A stretch of 64,000 nucleotides of DNA from Dicyema japonicum (Eukaryota; Animalia; Dicyemida): assembly GCA_011109175.1 (NCBI GenBank), contig RDEW01000003.1, forward strand, positions 186,001-250,000. The letters are read 5' to 3'. A program made the translations under genes and the position numbers. The notes beneath the pieces were generated by a model that saw only the letters and a program-made list of their open reading frames with translations, did no database searches and was not told the DNA's origin. The first letter of the stretch is position 1, and each line of letters starts with the position of its first letter. Shown piece by piece: positions 37,955 through 50,395 of the stretch.

Positions 37955-38915
37955 TTATTCAATATTATTTGCCGATATGACTTTAAAGCATATTTTAGGA
38001 TTCACAGAATGTGGATCTACCAAATAAGCCCAAACGTAACAATTATTAATAGCCACTTTGATTCTATCCCATATATTTGATTTTGCAGGCAATTTCACGT
38101 GTAATTTAAACCTTTTCCCAACAACCTGTCGAATGGCATTATGGAAGAAAAAGGAGAGTGGATCTAACCACATGTCTTGCTGGTACGACTATAAATAACA
38201 TAAGTACCTCACCGTTACTTCAAATGATCCATACCTCTTTACCAACCTCTCAACGTCCCCCCACTGCTCCGAAGATAAAGACAGCACCTCCTGTGCAGCT
38301 TTGTCGGAAGCAAACGCCTTGGCAGAGCAGGTCCCATCATCGACGAGAAGACTATAATAAAAATCGCCCCAAACCTCAACTCCACGGACAGGAAGTCTTC
38401 TTTGACTTCCACTGACAGCGAGTTAACGCGTATCAAAACTGCCTGAATATATGAGAACTCAGCATGGCGGGAGTAAAAGTCAATGATCCTATATAATTCG
38501 GCTGGGTGGGTCATTGGTACTTCATCAGAACATACGTGGTTGATAAATTCGCGTTTTGGCATTATAAGCTGCCCATTTTTCATTTTCCAGGGAAATAAAA
38601 CGACAACATAAGGACAGAGGTAGAAATAGTAAGAATAATTGGACTCCTTGTTCGGAATATCAACATAGCACTTGAACACTCCTGTTTGGTCATAGAGTTC
38701 GAGATATGACACGTGGTTTTTCTTATCCGACAGAAAGCCGATAAAAACATTCTAAAATAATTTTCAAATAAAAGCGACAAATTTGTAGTTATCGAATTGT
38801 TGGTCGAATCCGTGAAAACACGGAATTTTAAATCCAAGTTCAAAGACCACCTAAACATCAGAGTAGAATTGTACGTTAAACTCGGATCCACACTGACACG
38901 TGCTTCCACCTCCAT
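37955..38915 (-). pseudogene. Orphan gene or pseudogene fragments (aromatic, beta-rich)
   Basis: Consecutive same-strand ORFs. A candidate 27-nt intron near 38754-38780 links them only if one T is restored. The family is not recognised. Confidence 0.3.
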
Positions 38916-41123
38916 GATTGACTACGACACATTCATGCATTTTCTTGCAAACATGACTCTTCATGAGGTTTAAGAACAACTTTTTAAATTCGGTTCTAAA
39001 ATTAAGGAGTGAACTACTGTGAAGTGGTAGGCGTGAATTTGCGACGTAAATTTGTGAAAATGTACAAAAATAAGATGACTAGTCTCACGTTCACGGACTT
39101 GTCATGCACAAGATCAAACAGTAATTCATTCTACATTAAACAGCACGTGTAACCATCTGGGAATTTTTACTTGTGGGAAAAAATGTAACCGCGCTTGCTA
39201 AACAGGTAAAATATATCTTAATCGATTCCTAGTGTATGAGAATGGTGATTACATCTTTTAGGACAGCTGAATGAAGATTCTTACCATTTATGTAATGATA
39301 TGAATAATCTGAATAATTTTTTAGTCCAAAATAAATCCTTAAGTTAATAAATTGATCTACCAATCGTCGTTGATTTTATATATTCCCCATTTATTTGATA
39401 GAGGATATAACAGTGTCCCCTATATACATTTTACACATCTACTTGAATGTTACACATCAATCAACTGGAATAAAACCCGGTATTTTATTATTTATTATTA
39501 TTTTTTTAAATTTATATTATAAAATAATATATTTAACTTATTCTAACATACTAATAGTAAAATGAGCTAAAGTTTGATCAGAGTTCATGCTCACTAGACG
39601 TCTCAACGGAGATTGGCTTGAATGCGAACCGGTCCCCAATGTCGCGGTACTTCCTCCTTTTCAAATTTTCATCAGTACTCGCTCGGAACCCACGTAAAAC
39701 GATGAGCCGGACAGATTCGTGTTAGAGAAATTATCCGTGCACATTAATTCCCTAGCAACTTATGCAGATGAAATTGTTCTGGTCTCACGTGATCTGGAGA
39801 TTCAGGTTACAAAATCAAGATTGTAATAAAACCTGGACCGTTTTTACGTTTTGCAAAGATCCTCTGAGTGGACTAAGATTTGTCGGAGGTTCTAGAGGTT
39901 ATTAAAATATATTAATTTTTCAAAATATAAGAAAGTTTAAAATAACATTTTTAATGATGAGTTTTTTTTGAAGACCAGGAGACGAGTCACCTATTTTCTC
40001 ATCCGGGTCCACCTCCAAATTCTGCACAGAACCAATTATACATGTCGGATTTCTGAAAGCGTCCACTTTTGGCTGTAAAGTTTCTGTTAGTAACCGGTTT
40101 CTTTCACTCAACGGGGCAGGTGTCAATAAATAAATGAAGAGTTTAAATATCAATAATTTTTTTAAAAAACATGACATTTAGAGTATTTAGATATTAGTAA
40201 ACGACTCCAAAAATTTTTAGTAAATTTGACAAAAAGGAAAAAATTGGCATAGGAACCGTAACATATTTTGTTCAACAGACAAAAAGGAAGTAATACATGA
40301 AGAAATTAGGAGATATATTAACAAAAGTGAAATAAATATTGATATTGACTTGAATAGACGCAATTTAAATATAAGGATTATCTGATGTGAGGCTTTAGTA
40401 AAAGTCGAAGAATCCGTAAATGGAATAGAATCGGGGAAACCGAATGGTTGTTCCAAAGGATTTCTCTGGCAGTTATCAGAGGGAACAGCCATTCCATTAT
40501 TCTACCTGGATTACTTTGATTGTCTTGTTTTCGTAAAAATTTTTTTGCTCTGAATATAATCATGAACAAGTAAAAACAAAGGATGATATTTTGCCTAACT
40601 ACAAAATGGGGTTAAAGGATCTTTTATGAATTCAAGATTGGAGCTCACAAGGTATCGGTACCCGAGTTAGAGAAGGTAATAAATTCACTTTAGCGTGAAA
40701 CAGAAATAACATTTCGGTGATTTAATCACGATTTGGAACTGATCCTCGTGTTAGAAGAGAAAGATGAATCAGTAACCTTATTCCTACTGCTAGTGTTCAG
40801 TGGAGGTACAGGGCAGGAGAACCTTCTTTTAGTATCACTGATAGTTGGTCCGGTGATGGAAGCCAAGACCCCAACTCGCCTCTAAGGGGGAAGTACACAG
40901 AACGTAGTTGTGCTGGGGTCATCCTTGTTCCTCCGTCGAGGGTGAAACATGCCTTGGTGGAATAATGTTTAAATCCTTAAATAGTCTAGTCATCGGATAA
41001 GGTCTTGTATAGACATTTATGGAAATAATTAATGAACAATTACAGAAATAAAAAACTTCCTTATAAGAAAATGGATGCGCATATTGAACGCATTTAAATG
41101 TTCTAAGCGATATTTGTCCAGAA

Positions 41124-42380
41124 ATGCCTTTCAAGTTCTACAAAAATAAATCCAAGAAACAAAAAAATAAAACTTTAAGCAGACAATCTGAGGATGTAAC
41201 GAACAATTCTAACAAACTTGAAATGTCCAGCACAACTGAAGGCACCATTCGCCCACGTTTACTGAAACGCTATAACTCAGTGGCAACGGATCCTTCGAAC
41301 ACGTTAAGATCAGATTTGACGGATATACACGTGGATGTTCCCCGTGACAGTAAAACGTTGAAAAAGGAACCCAATAAAAGCAGATTTTCACTTCGATTGA
41401 GAAAGTCAAATAAAGTTCACGCTTTTTATAATTCAGAGCAAAACATCCACCTCATCTCCGAAGATTGTGGAAACTAAGAACATCCTAGAAACTGAAAATT
41501 ATGAATTTATTCCAAAAATTTTGCCCCCAAAATCTCAGCTAATTGAAATTTACGCGAATCTCGATAGGTTCAGCATTGAAACTAACACGAATCCCGAAAA
41601 TTTGAGCAATGAAACGTAGCATTCATTTCAGTCAATTTAAGAATTAATGACGTCACTTTTGAAGACCAAGAATATTCGGATGACGCTGTTGTACCCTTAG
41701 ACAATAAAATGAGTCAACAAGACTCAGTGATCAATAATTTCGATCGTCCAAGTGGAGAGGAAAACAAGAGTTTCTTTATTGAAGGTATTAACCTGATTTG
41801 ACTTAGAATTCGAATATAAAGCGTTGGATTCAAAAATATCCCCCACCTCAACTCAACTTTCTACTGTGAATCCGACTACACTCTCGTTTAAAAATTCAAT
41901 GAAAAAACACTTGACTGAAGTCATCAATTCTCATAAAAATCCGAAATCTGTGTATTTTGGAATTCTCCTGCTATCTATTGGTATCACGTTTAAAAGATAA
42001 CGTCTAGCTCTTATTTTTGTAGTCCTCCCAACCAGTGTTGCTTTGGGGTGAAGAACTGCGGTCGAAAACCCATCTGCGAAATATTCGTGGTTAATTCAAA
42101 AATTCATAATTTTTACGAGCACATCAAACTGAATTCTTTCTTAAACAAAGAATGGAGCACATATATTGTGACACAAAATCCTTCAAGTGATGTCCACGTT
42201 TATTATGGAACCAATCCGCGGTATTTGGGCCTTTTTGGTGACGGATATTACATTGTTGCGGACCCAAAAAAGAGAGTTGAATCCGAAAAATACAAATTAT
42301 ACAAAATTTACAGCAACGAAGTCTGCAATCCCGTTGTCGATGGAAAAGTTATAGTGAGATGCGTTAAATCTCATAGATAA
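41124..42380 (+). CDS. Orphan single-pass membrane protein (disordered N-terminus, TM segment, possible Cys-containing ectodomain)
   Basis: Introns at 41415-41436, 41616-41641, 41785-41806 and 41981-42007 keep the frame up to the TM segment VYFGILLLSIALIFVVLPTSVALG, then TGA at 42049-42051. One extra G would read on into the 110-aa ORF ending at 42380. Confidence 0.65.
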
Positions 42381-42699
42381 TAGTTATTATTAAATTATTT
42401 GATGGTTTTAAAAGAATTTCTAATTTTATAACTATGATCTCTTTGGGGTCTAAAGACTACACGAGAAGATTACTATCAACCACCCTCGAGGCTCTTGTCT
42501 GGGAACTGGTGTGCTGTTACCCGAAACAAGCATATAGAGGATGCGTAGGAGGACGAGGAGGATATTGAGAGAGGTCATGATCACCTAATGGTCACGTCTT
42601 AATGGTAATTGAAAATTTCGAAAATCCTCTTGCAATGTTGGTTATACAGAAGGAGACAGGCGACGTGGGTCAAAGGAAACGTTCTTTCGAGCTTATAAT

Positions 42700-42870
42700 T
42701 TAGTTCTTTTTTTTGCTGCGCTCGACTCCCTGAAACAATCCGGTTCCCAGTGATGAATCACTGATGGTCACTCGTAAATCCCAAAAGAGTCGTAGATGTG
42801 TAAAACCTTAGAGCGGAATTGACTGCAGCGAGAATCGAACCATGAACCATCCGGATTTTGTCCGACACTG
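42700..42870 (-). mobile_element. Diverged tRNA-SINE copy
   Basis: GCAGCGAGAATCGAACC (B-box) and body similarity to 3710-3890. Confidence 0.7.
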
Positions 42871-43009
42871 TTAAACTGGAAACCCATAGTATTGCTTAGC
42901 ATTTAAAATTATTCAACCAGTCTTTGTTTCACTTAAACTTGTAATTTACTTCCTTCTATTACATTGTGACATTATTATCAACAAATTACACATAATCATA
43001 TTATAACTT

Positions 43010-43930
43010 TTATTAAGGAAAGAAAAGAGAGTAAACAGTTATATAGCGGCTGCCCTGACTGCGTGGCTATTCCCTCTCAGGATGGCGAGATTCACTCAAA
43101 TAACCAGCAGCGTTCACGAGGGTCTCCTGTTCGTGTAGCGATCCGATTCCCTAGAAGACTCAAGAATTCCAGCGTCGCAGACGCAAGGGAACTAGACGTC
43201 TAAACGGTGAGTTGGAACAAACAAAAAATCCTTGGGTAGGACCGCGTACTTTTCCCGTTTCATCTTCTCGGCATTCTTAGCGGCAGAACAAGTTCTAGAG
43301 GTATTCTGGAGTAGGTTGCAAAAGGCAAACCGTGTTGGTGCAGGTATCGTCCCAGACAAGAGGTTTCCTGGCTTCAAATAGGAAGATTGTCATCCCATTC
43401 GGTCGTTTTCCGTCCCGCCTACAAAGACCGACTGGTTCGAGCATGGAGAAGTGTCCGGCGGTGTCCAAAGCTCACCTAACGACATCGTTCAAGGCCATAT
43501 GTCTGGGAAATCTACCTGCACTCTTCCTTCAAGAGAGAAGGTGTTGCACTCCAGATTACGAATGGATTAGGTAATCCCCGAAAAATAAGGATGAAGGTAG
43601 ACTGTATGACTGACTCACAAATTCGAAAATATTAAGACATCTCTCAACACATGCCTCCAGGATATTGTCAATCCTTAGACTATTGAAAGCGTTCTTGATA
43701 TCCAGTCTGATCAGGACATGTCCCTGGGAATCTTCTATACTGCGGTTTATGAATGTCCTCACTGAATGGACAGCGGCCTCGCATCCCAAGTGAATACCGA
43801 GGCCTACTTTAGGGGGGTTCAAGAATTTTGTGACGAGTGGAATAGAATGTCTGGAGGCTATTTTAGCAGCCAGTCTTCTGAAGACAAACCCGATCGCAAC
43901 TGGTCATCTCCGCCGCCTTATAAACTATTA
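43010..43930 (-). mobile_element. CRE-like non-LTR retrotransposon, internally deleted
   Basis: GCEAAVHSVR and LDIKNAFNSL (RT), then the RPNGMTIF..LVWDDTC endonuclease region and 3' end. Confidence 0.8.
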
Positions 43931-45029
43931 TCTTACACGTGCTGGTTCGGTCAAAAGATCCTTCGAATCCTTTCACGGGTTCTTCGAAACTTCCTTTCCT
44001 TATTCCAAACATAAAGTTTCTGATGTCTCTTGAGTCCGTCAAGAAGCCAAAGTCTTTCATCCATGGAAGGATGGAAGGTGGAGAAGAGGGATGATTGATT
44101 GAAAGATTTTCTATACAAATCGTGAGAGGATTCGCGCTCTCAATCACGAAAACTGCTTACTAATTTATAAAACTTGGGGCTTACAAGACTAGGGAAGGGA
44201 GAGCCTAGAATGATACGATGGCTCTTCCAGAACATTGGACTCGCGATCACAAAAGGTAACTTTTATTGCTCAATGGCAGGAGGCCATAATGGAGACTTGT
44301 CGTAATATTTGACTTATTGATTTTGTTTATTATATAATACAGTTCCAGATACATGTGATAGAAAATAAAGAAAGGTACCGAATGCGGTTTCTTTCAAGGA
44401 ATATTATATTTGAGGAGTTTTGCGTATACGCGGGAAATATAATAGATTTTCCTTGTTGCATAGATATAACTGAATATATACAAACTAACAAAAATATCGA
44501 CTAACGAACATAGGTTGAGCAAAATTTAAATTATTTTGATCGTAGCAGTTTGCTAGGAAATAAAATTTACTTTTCACGAAAAGGTCTACTATGTCCTTTT
44601 TGCAAAGTTCAAGTGTTAGTGCAGTCTTAGCGATCGCGACAATTACGCCAATACAGCTGGAACCTTTTGGATTTGACTCGGCAAATAAAAGACTTAACTG
44701 GATCTTTTTTCCATAGGAAGGTGGTAGATACTCCAGGATCAACCTCGGAAATGACCGAAAACTTTAAAAAATACGAAAGTTTTGAAAAAAAATTGTTCAT
44801 TTTTGAAACGGTTTCAGTAGAAACCTCGTGGATCTTGGTAGAATATGTACAAAAGGCGCCAGCGGGCTTCAAGTACGTTTAGATTTATTGGTTCACAATC
44901 AGTCAGTTTTTATAGTTTGAGATTTTCTTTGGTCAAGAGTATCCAAGGATTTTTCTCAGTTGGCCTCTGTGAAAAGAGTCAAGTTGTTTCATATCTTTCT
45001 TTGATGTTCCCCAAGTACCTGCGTTGTAC

Positions 45030-47200
45030 ATGAGGATGCTCGGACAAATCCAATATATAAGCGTAATCGCATCTTAGTAGGAATTTGATTCTTTCTCATC
45101 AGAATGGATTGTATTTTTTTGAGTGCTATTGTGGCCAATATTTTTCGTCCTGTGATGTCTTCTGAATCGTCAATTAGCGATCCGAGTTTTCGGGTGTTCC
45201 TTTACTTCTCATCAACGCGGGTTGGCGTTCTTTCAATAGTGGTTTATTCAGTTTTGTCTTCATTGATTATGAGGGACCATTTACTCAAAGTTGTTTTCGC
45301 TTTCTCCATAATAACTTTTATAAATTCCCTATCTTCCGCGACGAAATCGACATTATCCGCGTAAATAAGTTCCATAAAGTGGTTGTCCAGACACCCAATT
45401 TATTCTCTTAGATCTCTCAAAGCTGCCTTAAGGTAACTGATAAATAATACAGGAGATAGAGTGTCCCCCTGTGTGGTTCCAACATTGGTAGAAATAGGTA
45501 TAAACTCCTTAGAGCCAACTCTGACGAGTAGTTCAGTTGCAGATAATAGCACATGTATCATGCGCAAGTGATCCAGAGATGGCTCCAGACAACATCAGCC
45601 GTGGATCTTCCAGGCCTGAAACTACTCTGACCGCAAGAGAGATATCGATCGACATTAATATACAGCCTCGAACAATAATCGATAGAGTTTTCCTTAGGGT
45701 GGTGACTAACACAATAGGTCTCAAGCTTCCGAAGGGTCCCCGTCTTTTGCAAGGTTTATGAAAGGGTATTAATATTCCGGTCCCAATTGGAAGAGGCCAG
45801 TGCAACGCAAATGTCTTGTTCAGTATTTTTGCGAAAGAGCTCGCTAGACTATTAGAGGCATATTTGAGTAATTCCCCCGGAACTCTGTCGAATCCTGCAG
45901 CTATGTTGTTGTTCATATGATGAAATGTCTTGAAGGTCTTAGAATGTGTTATGTCATCTGATAAGTTCCGTGGGTGTCAAATAAATGTGGGTGTATAGGT
46001 ATCATTTGTTTGGAATTGTTTCTGAAAGTGGTCAGCAATTCTCGGGGATTTATCCCCATCATCCAGTATTAAGTGTTCCGATTCATCCAGATAATTTGGA
46101 ATTTTCGGGAACCCCGATTAAGCAACGCACAGTCATAAAATTTGACTTTCAGGAGAGAGCTTTTCAATTTCGGTAACCTTCTCGTCTAAGTAATTTGTCC
46201 TTAATAGACGTGGTCGGACTCTTATTTCATTAAGGATTCTGTTTCGTTGATTCCGTAGTTCTTTCAATTACTTCTGTAGCCGTTAGGATCCGTCTCGGCC
46301 TGTTTAACGGCCTCTACCAACTTTTCCAGGAGAATTTCTGGCCTTTCTTCCATATTTCGTTGTGAAGTGTGTTGCTCGATGTTGTCTTGAATTTTTCTCC
46401 GTTTCACGGTGTCGTTTATCAGTTCCTCTGTAGCTAGTCTTCTATGTTTAATGTCACCTTGATTGTTCTGGGCAATGTTACCAGAATAGTTTCCGTGTGC
46501 AAATCCGTTATCCTATGATCCTTATTTGTTACAGCTTCTCCAAATGAGCATGAGTCCACGAGAAAGTTTTTATGTGCATTCTGACATAATATAAAATCTA
46601 TTTGATTGTAATCTCTCGGCCTTTTCTGTTGCCAGTCCATGTCGTCTTATACCTGGCTGGATGTTGAAATGTCGAATTGCAGAGATAAAGACCAAATTCC
46701 AGGCAGAATCCAATTAGGGACTTTCCGGAAGAGTTTCGATACCCTTTTCCGTGCCTTCCAATACATATTTGTGGTCTTTCTTAATGCCTGCTTTGGCATT
46801 CCAGTCTCTCACCAGAAACATGATTCTTTTTCTGTGCACATTTTCGAAAGGCGTCCATACAATTCGTCCAACTCATCAGAGGTAACCAATACTCTGCCGA
46901 TATGGGGTGCATATACGTTGATAAAAGTTACAGTTTATTCCCTGTCGGTTTTAGTTAGATTTGAAGAATCGCAATTCGATCATTAACACTCCACACATTG
47001 AACTCTCTTTTTCTCAACGATACTCGGACGGCAAATCCCAGTCCATAGTGTCGGCATTCAGATGGTAGTAACATTAGGTGGTATTTTTTATTAACTTCAT
47101 CGTGTCCTCCTGCAACTTTTGTCTCAGCATACATCACTCCGTAACGGTCTAGGTCCTCGCACAGGATGTTCCATTTCGAGCTCGCTGATAGTCCTTTAAC
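45030..47200 (-). mobile_element. Near full-length degraded RTE retrotransposon (APE plus RT)
   Basis: ASFN..NVKGL, GLGFAV, INVYAP, NQIDFILC, AAGFDRVPGELLK, LRPIVL, GTTQGDTLSP and YADNVD. Confidence 0.85.
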
Positions 47201-47353
47201 ATTATTATTAAATGAAGCGACAGTAAAAGGCGATCGAATAAAACATGTGTGAGACAGCAGAGAGGCACATCACGACCATTATTTTGTTTTAACAATAAAA
47301 ATTTATTTAGCTTATTTATTAATTTAATAAAAATTCAAATGTAAAAAGTATTT

Positions 47354-48159
47354 ATGTTGCGCAAAAAATTGTTAAAATGTGAATCCAAAACAGTTCATAA
47401 ACCTAAGAAAAAGAAGTCATTTCAGACAATTTTGGTTATCCATTAAATTAATTAGGTAGAACTTTGGCCAGAAAGCTACAGTCAAGAAATGTCCCGCTTG
47501 TGGAATGTTATTCGATCCCTCCCTTTCTGAAGATTTCGAGAGTCATAGAAAGTTACATAATGCTCAATCGAGAGTTCTGCAATTTAATCTGGTGTCATTT
47601 TAACTTAAGACTAGTCAAAATACGTGAAAAGTCAACTCAAAGTAATCGTCGGCTTCGTAGATGGGTTCATTATGCAAATTGACAAGACCAGCACCAAAAG
47701 TCTTCATAACAAAGTACTCACTTAGGCATACGCAGTTAAAATCAGTCCTCCAAGTAGTCGACTCAGAATTAGGGGATATTTCACTCCAATCACAAGTCCC
47801 GTATAAGTCCTTGCTATTTATCACGTGCTCAGATGTATTGGCGGGATACTGCTCTGTGGAATTTGTATCAGAGGTCTTTCCTTTACTTATTACAGGCAGA
47901 CCAAGTTGTTGAGTTCGTCGGGGGTGGCTGCAGAGTAGTGAAACTATCTACTCCTGTCCCTGTGAAGTGGGTGATTAGCAGAATATGGGTGGGTCAGGAC
48001 TACAGGAGGAAGAGGATTGGGACGAGGCTGCTAGATTCTGTTAAGGCTCTGGAATCTGCTAGTAAAAGTGAGATCGCTTTCACTGACCCGACTGGATGTG
48101 GATTGGAATTTATTAGGTCATATATGGAAAATTACTCCATTTATGTTAAAAATATTTAA
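47354..48159 (+). CDS. ESCO: ESCO/Eco1 cohesin acetyltransferase, minimal form (237 aa)
   Basis: Introns at 47435-47459, 47592-47614, 47714-47735 and 47874-47895 give an intact frame. PIP-box QTILNFGQK, C2H2 finger CPACGMLF...HRKLH, ISRIWV..YRRKRIGTRLLD and IAFTDPT..G. Confidence 0.92.
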
Positions 48160-48375
48160 CTTTTTGTAAATTTAATTTTTTGTATTCAGAGTGCCTGGTC
48201 GGATAGTCAAGTAAATTTTTTGTTGAAATCTGCCAATTCTCAAATTTGTCACAATTTCGCTTGAATCAAAAACGGCAAATTTGAGAGTTCACTGTATAAA
48301 TATTAAAATGATAAATATCACAAAAAATTTATTTCAGTTTGTTTTTTCGGCATACGGTTGTTTTTGAATAAAAAT

Positions 48376-49840
48376 TTAATTTAATCCAATTGAACCAATA
48401 GCCTTATAAAATTGATTACAAGTCCACCCGAAATGGTTGAAGCAAAATTCCTCCAACTTGACATAATCAATTCCACCCCAGCTAAAAGTTTGATTACTAT
48501 CATCCACATGGGGTTCCTTAAATGCTTTAAACACAGCTGGATTAGGAAATGGCTTCTCTGTAATCTCAAACTTAGTTTCTTTCCCGATTTTTTTAAGTCC
48601 TTCCAAAGTATCGTCATTATATACTTTGATGATTTTCATAGCTTGTTTAACCCCAACTCCACGTACTCCCAAAGAATAGTTACTCCCCAGTAGATAAGAC
48701 AACTGAATTATTTTATTTGATCCAATCCTTAAGTTAGCAAATATACCCTACCTGTTTTTTTTATGAATAATCCTATCATCGTAAAGCAATGGTGGCCTAT
48801 TACCTCCAAAGAATTTTCGCAGAACCTTCCTTCCCCCGAAAGCCCAAATATCACTTTCATCAGTAATAGTGGCACGTGCATGACCAGCCATTTCAATGGC
48901 GGCACACTGAGCCTCCGCTTCCCCTAAACTGGTCACATAAGGGATTCCAAACATTTTCAATAGTTCCTTGAATATTGACATAATGCTACTTTGACTTCCA
49001 GATATTCAGTCTCCGAAATTGGATCCTTGTTTGCATTAGCACGTGTTAACTCTCTACAAATATTTTTAGCAAAATCAAATGACGTCGCACAAATCTTTTC
49101 ATTTTGAGGCACCACATCTTCATTGTCAATACAATCACAAAGAAGTGGCTTATCATTTTAAGGTGCAATTATCACATCACTGTAGACTTACATAGAGCTG
49201 GGTCATCATTTTAGGGTAGGATTGTCGCATATTTATTACACGTAGAACTACAAAGAGATAGTCCAGTATTTTTTCGCAGGTTCAGTGTGATTGGAATATT
49301 CGCTTGACTTGAGAAGTTCTTGTTGAATCGACTGAGAATAAAACATAATTTCAGTATTTGGCCTTATCATTTCGTTATGACGATGAGCCTCATTCATTAC
49401 ATTGAACTCTTTATTAAGCATACCATTTTCTTTATAAAAATTAACACAGGAAACATTGACTTTCTACACTTTTCATCAAATATGTTCAATTGGGGGAAAA
49501 CATTGCAACAAATTCTATTGACTGCAACACAATCTTCCTCAATCTCTTTCCTAGTTCCTTCCAAAATCAAATCTTTATTAAAGACACTTACAGATATTTC
49601 CATAGAACTCATCCCCCCATTAGAGAAGGCGTTAAGGGTTTCATTTTGAGCATCAACCTCAAAACTATGACCTGAGTGTTCACTGAACACGTCTCCTTGA
49701 CAGGGGACACCTCGGTTTGAATCTTCAAGTGAGGTACCACAGTTATTTGACTTCTGGTCGAGCTGCTTTATAAGAATACACGATCCTTGACTTTGACTAG
49801 CAATCTTGAATCTCTGGATTTTAGAACATGCACTTTGTTA
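48376..49840 (-). pseudogene. ERCC5: XPG/ERCC5 (Rad2) homolog, apparently truncated or damaged
   Basis: I-domain ELLKMFGIPYV...EAEAQCA...TITDESDIWAFGG, H3TH YLLGSNYSLGVRGVG and FPNPAVFKAF..P.VD..FSWG. Introns at 48967-48989 and 48728-48751. The spacer has stops (e.g. 49158-49160) and no XPG N-domain was found upstream. Confidence 0.7.
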
Positions 49841-50395
49841 ACAAAAGTTACTGGTTAACGATGGGCAAAAAACACATTAATAAACATGGATTTGCCAAAT
49901 AAGTAAAATTAAAGAATCAAGGTCGTTCAATGCCTTTTAATCAGTTTTTTTGTTCAATAACACAATTGTCACCCATCAAGATGTTTTCTTAAAAAATTGC
50001 TCATAGCCCAGTGAATCTAATCATAATTCATTGAGGAACTTATAATCATCGCAATCAAGAAACACACATCACAACATATAAACTACACGTTTCTCAACTA
50101 AATTTAAAAATCCTTTAATATAATTGAAAAAAACTTAAATTAGTAATTTTATTTAAAATTTAATTAGTAGCTAAAAAAGGTGAGAATAGGCTCCATAATG
50201 CGGCCCCGTAAATTCAGTCAGCCGTCAGTACGATCATGCGTGGACGCGAGCGAGGAACACCGGGAAGATGAGGTCACTGTTGGAACGGATCGAATCAGTC
50301 AGGACTCCAGCCCCTTTACTCTAATTTTTTTGTTTTTTTAAATAAATGCTAAAATTTAATTATTGTGGATTAATTGTTAGAACGAATTAGTAACA

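Noticed and set aside
40170-40620. Possible host gene remnant
   Set aside because: In-frame stops are not removable by plausible tiny introns, and no family is recognisable.
50260-50300. Hammerhead-like GATGA-GGTC...GATC-GAA
   Set aside because: The core is degenerate at both ends, and the segment is better explained as the coding end (KMRSLLER) of the non-LTR family at 28100 and 34440.
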